This document shows positions 9,963 through 17,291 of a DNA stretch of 25,704 nt, piece after piece; position 1 is the first letter of the stretch, and each line of letters opens with the position of its first letter. This DNA is from an uncultured archaeon (GTDB taxonomy: Archaea; Asgardarchaeota; Lokiarchaeia; Sigyniarchaeales; SOKP01), in assembly GCA_964525635.1 (NCBI GenBank), contig CAZGJX010000058.1, positions 1 to 25,704 of the forward strand, written 5' to 3'. The notes under the pieces were generated by a model, which saw nothing but the letters and a program-made list of their open reading frames with translations, searched no databases and was not told the origin of the DNA. A program made the position numbers and the translations under genes.

Positions 9963-10559
9963 TCATTGAACTCCAATCTTTCTTTTCATTTTATCAATCT
10001 CTTTATCAATGGTTCTTTCTTTTCTGTTTTTTATATTACCATCTTTACTAAATTTTACAGAACTGTATATAAGAGTTAAAACTACATGTATAATCATTGG
10101 AAATCCCCAAATAATAGCAACAATATGAGCCCATTCAATATAAAAAGATATATAAAGCCATTCATCAGGCATAGGTTCAATAGAATATTTCAAACCCATA
10201 ATATTAAAATCTATCATAAATAAAAATAACATAACTGTCAAATATGCTACAAGATGAACAAATGCAATCCTTTTCATTATAGGATAAACACCATAAGCAT
10301 AGCAATAATAACAAGTTGCATGTACACTTAATCCTATAAACCAACTGAATAATGGAAATTGAAACCAATAAATCCGATCAAAATAATATCTTGGCATACT
10401 AGTAAAATTTTTAGTAAAATTTAGAATAAAAAAGAATGTATTTATCATTATAAATAATAAAATATGAATTCTCAAAAATAACCTATATTTAATCTTTTGA
10501 GCAGCAATCTTTCTTAAACTTTGTTCTGAAAAGCCAGGAATTTTTTCTTCAATATTCAT
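9963..10559 (-). CDS. Tandem 2TM-domain membrane protein, probably co-transcribed with the PadR gene
   Basis: Two copies of the 2TM pattern H...F/Y...NF...W......W......H (IHILLFIMINTFFFILNF...YWFQFPLFSWFIGLSVH; VHLVAYLTVMLFLFMIDF...WAHIVAIIWGFPMIIH). GAGGTG SD. Confidence 0.85.
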   Translation of the reverse strand: MNIEEKIPGFSEQSLRKIAAQKIKYRLFLRIHILLFIMINTFFFILNFTKNFTSMPRYYFDRIYWFQFPLFSWFIGLSVHATCYYCYAYGVYPIMKRIAFVHLVAYLTVMLFLFMIDFNIMGLKYSIEPMPDEWLYISFYIEWAHIVAIIWGFPMIIHVVLTLIYSSVKFSKDGNIKNRKERTIDKEIDKMKRKIGVQ

Positions 10560-10670
10560 TTATTTCACACCTCATTTATTTTTGCATTATTTTTTTAAAA
10601 AAATTCTCTATTTATTTTTAATAAAAATAAAATTCTATATAAAATTAATATAGACCATTATTTATAGATA

Positions 10671-10865
10671 TTGTTGGTTCTACATACTATTATTATACTA
10701 TAGAAATCTTTATGAATTTAATCACCATATTGTTGATCATACATAGTCTAGCATTATAAAAGGAATATTAGGAAAACATAAATAATAATGGTTTGAGAGA
10801 ATAATTTCTTGTCAATTCTACATAATAAATAATAATATGAAAAATAGATTTGTTGATCCTACCTA
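10671..10865. promoter_or_regulatory. Four copies of a 16-bp TTGT-N7-AC(A/C)TA motif, probable operator array of the PadR operon
   Basis: ttgttggttctacata 10671-10686; ttgttgatcatacata 10730-10745; ttgtcaattctacata 10809-10824; ttgttgatcctaccta 10850-10865. All lie upstream of the 2TM-PadR operon. Confidence 0.6.
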
Positions 10866-11093
10866 TTATATTTAAAGAAAAAAGTGCGACAAGTAAGTCT
10901 GATGTCCGAATACAGGACTTGAAAAAGAGTATGTAAAAAGGTAATTTTCAAAAACTGGTATCAAGATGACTGATAATGGCTATCCAAACATGCATCATTA
11001 GTAATGATGATGTGTGAAGCTCTGGAGACAATGTACTTTCTGCACTTAGCTATAAAGTGGTCTAGAAAGACTAGCCAAGGAACCTATGGGAAA

Positions 11094-13320
11094 ATGCGGC
11101 GGAGAAAGCTTTCATATGGAATCCGAAAGGCCGTGGAGTTAGAACATGAGTGGCAGTTGTGCGGACTCATACCCAAAAGGTATGGGATCTAAAGCATGCA
11201 CAGCAATGTACCGATTCTGCTAACCCTTCAAGCAGATAGGGCTAGCCAAATGAACCTAAGGTAAACGAAAGTGAACCTGTGCTTAAAGCCTCGTGAAGGC
11301 TAGGCTGTGAAAAAGGGTTGATACGCAGCCGAACCAAAAGAAGGTAATGACGCTGAGAACATGTAGTTTTCCCTTACATGTTTATCTAACTAATGGCGTC
11401 CGGGGTAGAGCAGGTACCTAAGGGTTCAGTAATTATCCATATGATAGAACTCTGTAAAGTCTCCACGCGCAAAGGTGTAGGGAGATAGAGATGAGGCGGA
11501 AGCGAAAGACTCCGGTAATATGGAGGATAGGGTATATACCCAACCAAAAGGTGGCTGACTGCCTCTGAACTCAACGGAAATGAAATTATAGGAATATTTC
11601 TAATGGAAGGAGGACGTGAGACAAAATGAAAGGTTTTGTACGGACCAACCAGCAGGTGCAAGTTGAATGGGACCGAGTGAATTGGACCCAGGTCAAGCAT
11701 CAGGTCGAAATATTACAACAAAAGATTTTCCGAGATACTCAGAAAGGTGACTTTAGAGCTGTGAATCAGTTCCAAAAGTTACTGGTAAAGTCGCTTTCTG
11801 CGAGGTTATGGGTTGTATATCTCACTACTGAGGTTAACTCCGGGAGAAGTACACCCGGTATGGATGGTTGCCTTTACAAGACAACCAAAAAGAAATTGGA
11901 GCTCGTGGAAAGTTTAAAACTCAAGAAATATAAACCTAATCCAGTGAAAATTGTATGGATCCCGAAACCAAGTGGAGGTAAAAGGAAACTGGGAATTCCA
12001 ACAATTCGAGACCGCGCCATGCAGGCATTAATCTTGCTGGCAATGGATCCGGAATGGGAAGCTAAGTTTGAACCCCATAGCTTTGGGTTTCGACCTGGTA
12101 GATCTGCAATTGATGCGGTTTATCATATCTGGACTACAATAAGGTCTTATAAGGGACGCAAACCTCATCCAGGATGGGTTTTTGATGCCGATATTTCAAA
12201 CTGCTTTGATAATATTGATCATGAAGCTCTATTGACAAAGCTCAATGGAAGTTCATTTAAAAAGATAATTAGAGCATGGTTGAAATGTGGAGCGATTAGT
12301 GGGATTGGCTTTGAAAAGACAGAAAAGGGTACTCCTCAAGGCGGTGTAATTAGCCCTCTTTTGGCAAACATTGCCTTGGATGGTCTTGAGCGACAGTTCG
12401 GGATATATACTCGAACGGGTAATTACAAAAAGCCATCTGTACGAGGAGGCCAGGATAAGAATGTAGCATTTTTTCGATATGCTGATGACTTTATTATCCT
12501 TGCACCATCAAGGGAAGTTATTGTAAATTATATAATCCCTAAGGTGAAAGACTTTCTCTTTAAAGTAGGTCTAAGTCTTAATGAGGGAAAGACTCGTATA
12601 GTAAATGTATCTGACGGATTTAAATTTCTAGGATTTCATTTTAGAAGATTTTACCGTCGAGATGGTACTATTAAAGAGTCGATTTACTCCCCAAGTCGGG
12701 AAAGACTGGATCGCTTCATAAGAAATTTGAAGGTATATTTAAAACTCAATTGGAATGTGGACGTAAAGGACATAATTAAAGGTCTAAATAGGCGCATTAG
12801 AGGTTTTTGCAATTATTTTAGATGGAGTAATGCTCATAAAGCATTTTCCTATTTATCCTATAGACTTTGGGAATTGATGTGGTCATGGGCTAAGAAACGG
12901 CATCCTAGAAAAAGGGGTCGAAAATGGATTCGGGACCACTATTGGATGACGATTGGTAATATTAATTGGGTGTTCTCTTATCAAGGAGTTCATCTGATAG
13001 TACCATATAATTTAACAGTTCAATGGTGGAAGCGACCTAAGGTCAGGATATATGCGAGTCCATACGACCCAAAAGCAATAGAATACTGGCGAATTCGGCA
13101 ACAAAGAGCATGGATGAATAGAGTTTAGTTTAGTGAATTTATTGACTTCTCTCCTATAGTTGGTGGATTGGTGACATGAAGCTCACGGGAGGTATCCGAG
13201 AGGATCCCTCAAAGGAGACATGGTGACATGTTACTGAGTACTTGGGGACTGAGCCCCGTGCGATGAAAGTCGCACGCGGGGTTCTGATGAACAGGGGAAG
13301 TGATACTTCCCCTGATTCTT
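11094..13320 (+). mobile_element. Inner group II intron (IIB, CL1-like) nested in domain I of the outer intron
   Basis: 5' ATGCG. DI stems gcggag 11099-11104 / ctctgt 11450-11455 and tcatatgga 11112-11120 / tccatatga 11436-11444. alpha agttaga 11137-11143 / alpha' tctaact 11385-11391. EBS1 tttccc 11368-11373 / IBS1 gggaaa 11088-11093. J2/3 AGA 11489-11491. Canonical DV gagccccgtgcgatgaaagtcgcacgcggggttc 13251-13284. DVI with bulged A 13315. The 3' end is uncertain by 1 nt. Confidence 0.9.
11626..13128 (+). CDS. ltrA: Group II intron reverse transcriptase/maturase of the inner intron (RT0-7 + X, no HNH endonuclease)
   Basis: TPGMDG, IPKPSGGKRKLGIPTIRDRAMQ, SFGFRPGRS, DADISNCFDNIDH, GTPQGGVISPLLANIAL, RYADDF, FLGF, X-domain LN..IRGFCNYF. 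Ends shortly after SPYDP..EYW. Confidence 0.97.
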   Translation: MKGFVRTNQQVQVEWDRVNWTQVKHQVEILQQKIFRDTQKGDFRAVNQFQKLLVKSLSARLWVVYLTTEVNSGRSTPGMDGCLYKTTKKKLELVESLKLKKYKPNPVKIVWIPKPSGGKRKLGIPTIRDRAMQALILLAMDPEWEAKFEPHSFGFRPGRSAIDAVYHIWTTIRSYKGRKPHPGWVFDADISNCFDNIDHEALLTKLNGSSFKKIIRAWLKCGAISGIGFEKTEKGTPQGGVISPLLANIALDGLERQFGIYTRTGNYKKPSVRGGQDKNVAFFRYADDFIILAPSREVIVNYIIPKVKDFLFKVGLSLNEGKTRIVNVSDGFKFLGFHFRRFYRRDGTIKESIYSPSRERLDRFIRNLKVYLKLNWNVDVKDIIKGLNRRIRGFCNYFRWSNAHKAFSYLSYRLWELMWSWAKKRHPRKRGRKWIRDHYWMTIGNINWVFSYQGVHLIVPYNLTVQWWKRPKVRIYASPYDPKAIEYWRIRQQRAWMNRV

Positions 13321-13740
13321 GCGACAGTGAAGATGCGATAAACCTCGTTATTAAAAATCGGCGAAATATAGCTGATACGCCGAGACCAAAATGGTGAGTT
13401 GCCGGGTAGGAATGGTTTTTTTTCATTCCTTTGTCATCCATTGCGCAACCGGGGGAAAGCATCTCCCTAAGGGTTCTGTTGAACGTCGGATATTGGGAAC
13501 TTGGTAAACCCAACAAACCCCATACACGCAGGTGGAATGGTATCCCGACCGTGAGGAAGGGGGATGGTTTAGTGGGTAGAGGATGCTGGAAGAAGCGAAT
13601 GCCATGCTGTAATGGCATGGATAGGGCTGTAGTAACGCGCGAACTACAGGGATACCCCGCCCGAAAGGGTGCTGACTTCCTAAGCAGGTCTCAACGGAAG
13701 AAAAGTATTGAAAAATCTTAACCGGAGGTGAAGTTAGACG

Positions 13741-15240
13741 ATGTGTGAAAGCATTGAACAGAACAAGGGACATGTGGTGGAGTGGGATGATATCCAATGG
13801 GATAAAGCCCGCCGACATGTAAGACGGCTTCAAGAACGGATCTTTCGAGCAACCCGTGAGAAGGACTTTGCGAGGGTGAAAAACCTTCAAAACCTCCTTG
13901 TCAGATCACGTTCTGCACGACTTTTGGCGGTTAAAAGAGTCACGCAGGAAAATAAAGGCAAAAACACGCCGGGAATTGACGGAAAGATTTACACTACTTC
14001 GAATCAACGAGCTGAATTGGTAAATGACATCTGTCAAACCAATATTTTCAGTTATAAATGTAAATCGCTCAGGAGAGTATACATTCCAAAGAATCGCGGA
14101 GACAAGCGTCCTTTAGGCATTCCAACGGTCAAGGATCGAGCCATGCAGATGCTCGTGAAATTGGCATTGGAACCTGAATGGGAGGCTCGGTTTGAATCGC
14201 ATTCACAAGGTTTCAGACCGGGACGCAGGTGCATGGATGCAATTTGGCAAATCTGGAATTCCATTCGAATCTCAGGGGTTCAACAGAAGAGTGAATGGAT
14301 TTTAGATGCGGACATTTCAGGGTGTTTTGATAATATTAATCATGATGCATTGCTTAAAAGAATTCCCGTGTTTCGGGAAACGGTGAGAAGATGGCTTGAA
14401 TCGGGAATAATTGAGTTTGGAAAATACTTCCAAACCAAATCAGGCACGCCACAGGGCGGAATTATAAGTCCCTTGCTTGCTAACATTGCCTTAGATGGAA
14501 TGGAAAGGCTCTTTGGGGCGGAGAACTCCAAGGGGAGCTATACAACACCATCAAATAGAAGGGGTGAGAACTATAAGCTTAATTTAATTCGATATGCTGA
14601 CGATTTTGTGGTGACAGCACCATCAAGAGAGAGAATCGTTGATTACGTGCTTCCTAAGCTTCGAGCCTTTCTTAAGGAAAGAGGTATGAAGTTGAATGAA
14701 GCTAAAACCAAGATTATCCATCGAAATGAAGGTTTTTACTTTCTGGGATTCACGATCCGACAGTTTCACAACCGAGCGAGAAGTGTGTGCTTGGCAAAAC
14801 CGTCTAAAAAGGCGATTAAAAGCCATCTACAAGGCATTAAAATGGTAATTTCAGGAAATAAGCAGGTAAAAGCAGATGAACTCATCTCCTATTTAAATCC
14901 GATTATTAGGGGTTGGGCAAACTATTACGTATACAGTAGCGCCAAGGAAACGTTTAATTACATTGACTATCGGATTTGGAAAATGTTGTGGCAGTGGTGC
15001 TTACGACGTCATCCGAGAAAAGGAAAATTATGGATTCGGAGGTGTTATTTCATGAATATTGGAGATAAGAAATGGATTTTCGGTGAAAGAAAAGAGAATG
15101 TATTGTTATTTACCCGCTCTTTTCGGGCAGGAAGACGGTATACACCTGTTAAAGGATATAATAGTCCTTTTGATGCGAATTTACATGAGTATTGGAGTAA
15201 AAGACATGGTAAAGCTTGGCGTGAGACAACGCCGATGTGA
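13741..15240 (+). CDS. ltrA: Group II intron reverse transcriptase/maturase of the outer intron (no HNH endonuclease)
   Basis: TPGIDG, IPKNRGDKRPLGIPTVKDRAMQ, GFRPGR, DADISGCFDNINH, GTPQGGIISPLLANIAL, RYADDF, LNPIIRGWANYY. GGAGGTGA SD at 13724-13731. Confidence 0.97.
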   Translation: MCESIEQNKGHVVEWDDIQWDKARRHVRRLQERIFRATREKDFARVKNLQNLLVRSRSARLLAVKRVTQENKGKNTPGIDGKIYTTSNQRAELVNDICQTNIFSYKCKSLRRVYIPKNRGDKRPLGIPTVKDRAMQMLVKLALEPEWEARFESHSQGFRPGRRCMDAIWQIWNSIRISGVQQKSEWILDADISGCFDNINHDALLKRIPVFRETVRRWLESGIIEFGKYFQTKSGTPQGGIISPLLANIALDGMERLFGAENSKGSYTTPSNRRGENYKLNLIRYADDFVVTAPSRERIVDYVLPKLRAFLKERGMKLNEAKTKIIHRNEGFYFLGFTIRQFHNRARSVCLAKPSKKAIKSHLQGIKMVISGNKQVKADELISYLNPIIRGWANYYVYSSAKETFNYIDYRIWKMLWQWCLRRHPRKGKLWIRRCYFMNIGDKKWIFGERKENVLLFTRSFRAGRRYTPVKGYNSPFDANLHEYWSKRHGKAWRETTPM

Positions 15241-15531
15241 TCATTTCCAATAGAGAAGTCCGAGGTGACTTGGGCGGTCTCGGAGGGATTGTGAGAAGCA
15301 TGAACTAATGGAACACGGTGACGTGTACGGGTTCTTGGAGCGCGAGCCCTGTGCAGGGAAACTTGCACGCGGGGGTCCTAAAAGAGGAAGAGGACGGTAA
15401 CATCATCTCCTTATTTAACGAAAAAAGAAAAAAGAAATTGAATATTTTGAATGGATTTTTAATTCTTAAAATTTAATTCCTAATAGAAGCAATTATTTAC
15501 TTTAAGTACTTTATTTATTTATTTTTCTGGT

Positions 15532-17088
15532 TTATAAAGTATTTTCAATAGTATTAAACATAACTTTCAATTGGTCGAATATTTCTATTCTATACCTTTT
15601 TCCAATTTTTACAAATAGAAGTGATAAAGTTTTCTTCTTTAAATACTTATTAATATCAAACTCATACATAATATTGGACCAACTGGTATTTTCATCAACT
15701 CGAATTCCTATCAATATAACTTTATTTGCTTCAATAGATTCAATTAGTTGTTTTGTTATTAATTTCCATTTACTTTCTATGTTTTGTTTATTTCTAGCGT
15801 CAAAGATACAGAAAACCGCATCTGAATTAGTAACTTCTATGTGATCAAAGACATTATATTTTATTACTAAACCATTCTCATATTCATATAAACGTTGATT
15901 CTTTGTTTCTTCTATAGAAATTCTTTTAAATTCTGAAGCAATTTCTGCTAAAATTTGCAATCCAAGACTCCAATAATAGTATTCTGTGATAAATGAAATA
16001 GTCAATTGCTTTTTTAAAGAAATTATTGAATTTATTTTAGACCTAATATCATCTTTTAATAGTTCTTCCTCAAATTCTTTATCTTTAATGATATGATTAT
16101 AGGAAATTAAGTGAAAAGCTTCTTTAATATTTTCTCCAGTTAATGCGCTCGTTTCTATATAAGATAAGTTTAATAATCCCTTTTCATATAAAAGATTTGT
16201 AATTTCAATTCCTTTTTCATAATCTATTACCCTCTGGTTTTTTAAATCAGATTTATTACCTACTATCACAACTGATAACTCTTCCTTCTTGACGAAATCA
16301 ACTATTTCATTATACCATTCAATGATATTATTAAAAGATTTCATATTTGTTAGGTCAAACACAATAAAAACAGCTTGTGCACCACGATAATATGTTTTCC
16401 GAAATGGTTTAAAATATTTTTGTGCTCCAATATCCCAAATATATAACTCAATTTCGTTATTTGTAAAATTAATTGAGTGTGTTAATAAATTTAGACCTAG
16501 TGTTGCTCTATAATCGTGAGAAAATCTATTTTCTGTAAATCGCCGAACAATAGAAGTCTTACCTACTTCATTATCTCCAATAATAATGAACTTAAAACGA
16601 TATTTTTTGCCATGTTCTAATTTAGTTTGATATATTTGATTGTTCAATCTATCTATCTCTCTTGTTTCATATTCGAATTTTGGAATTACCAATTGGACAA
16701 TCTCATCTTCTTCAGCTGTTAAAAATTGAGCTGTTTTTTCCGCTAAAAAATAAGCATAAGAAGTTACTTTATCGATTGAGGCCATTGGATTAATTACTAA
16801 ACTCATAGTAATATCTTTAATTACTGATATAAACAATAATCTGTGATCTTCAGTATTGAAACTCGCCGTTCCAAATTGTTGGAAGGCAAATTCATCTCTT
16901 AATCTTTCTAGAACGGGATTAACTATTGATGTAAGAACTGAAATGATTTCAATATCAATATTTTCTCTTTTTTCACCAAATATTATTAAACCATCTACAT
17001 CAGAAACAATAATTGCTTCTACATCCCTATTAATTTTGAAAAAATTTTCACATAATTCTTTAAATATTAATTTAAGATTTTTAGGCAA
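15532..17088 (-). CDS. Roadblock/LC7 domain + Rab-like small GTPase + C-terminal degenerate GTPase-like domain (paralog B)
   Basis: Roadblock signature VEAIIVSDVDGLII; G1 GDNEVGKTS, G2 YRATLG, G3 WDIGAQ, G4 GNKSD, G5 ETSAL. GGAGGT SD with a TTG start. Confidence 0.92.
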   Translation of the reverse strand: MPKNLKLIFKELCENFFKINRDVEAIIVSDVDGLIIFGEKRENIDIEIISVLTSIVNPVLERLRDEFAFQQFGTASFNTEDHRLLFISVIKDITMSLVINPMASIDKVTSYAYFLAEKTAQFLTAEEDEIVQLVIPKFEYETREIDRLNNQIYQTKLEHGKKYRFKFIIIGDNEVGKTSIVRRFTENRFSHDYRATLGLNLLTHSINFTNNEIELYIWDIGAQKYFKPFRKTYYRGAQAVFIVFDLTNMKSFNNIIEWYNEIVDFVKKEELSVVIVGNKSDLKNQRVIDYEKGIEITNLLYEKGLLNLSYIETSALTGENIKEAFHLISYNHIIKDKEFEEELLKDDIRSKINSIISLKKQLTISFITEYYYWSLGLQILAEIASEFKRISIEETKNQRLYEYENGLVIKYNVFDHIEVTNSDAVFCIFDARNKQNIESKWKLITKQLIESIEANKVILIGIRVDENTSWSNIMYEFDINKYLKKKTLSLLFVKIGKRYRIEIFDQLKVMFNTIENTL

Positions 17089-17291
17089 TAGTTGACCTCC
17101 GGTTTTTTAGAATTATATATAAAGTTAATTTACAGAAAACGAAATTTATCTACGAAAAAAATATCTTATTATAATTAAAAGATCGAGTAGTTATTTTTTA
17201 ATATTCTTAAAAACAAAATAATTCCAAAAACTAGATAGCTTTTATTTATTTTAGAGAATAGATTATATATAGAAAAAATATTTTTCTAACA

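Larger units (their letters stand above)
10884..15419 (+). mobile_element. Outer group II intron (IIB, CL1-like), split into 10884-11093 + 13321-15419
   Basis: 5' GTGCG at 10884. DI closing stem tctgatgtccga 10898-10909 / tcggatattggg 13486-13497 and caagt/acttg. alpha gatgac 10965-10970 / alpha' gtcatc 13433-13438. EBS1 U-run loop 13416-13422 / IBS1 AAAAAA 10878-10883. EBS2 ttaaa 13351-13355 / IBS2 tttaa 10871-10875. J2/3 GGA 13581-13583. DV 15344-15377. DVI bulged A 15413. Ends ...TTTAAC. Confidence 0.92.

Noticed and set aside
11159-11163. GTGCG as a canonical 5' end of the inner intron
   Set aside because: It lies downstream of the inner intron's DI stem and alpha loop, pairs internally (tgtgc/gcaca), and is not preceded by the IBS1 GGGAAA.
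13319-13325. TTGCGAC as the 5' end of a second, tandem intron
   Set aside because: The sequence after 13321 starts mid-domain I, and its DI closing strand, alpha', EBS1 and EBS2 pair with 10871-10970, so it is the continuation of the outer intron.
11626-15240. RTs as DGR, retron or CRISPR-associated RTs
   Set aside because: Both have the RT0/X architecture, YADD and flanking DI-DVI RNA; no TR/VR pair, msr-msd, cas genes or CRISPR array is seen.
11004-15368. Short or antisense ORFs over the introns (11004-11192, 11386-11700, 13154-13618, 13423-13890, 13431-13721, 14052-14826, 15045-15368, 15059-15253)
   Set aside because: They overlap structured intron RNA or the RT genes, have no recognisable motifs, and are expected from the higher GC content.
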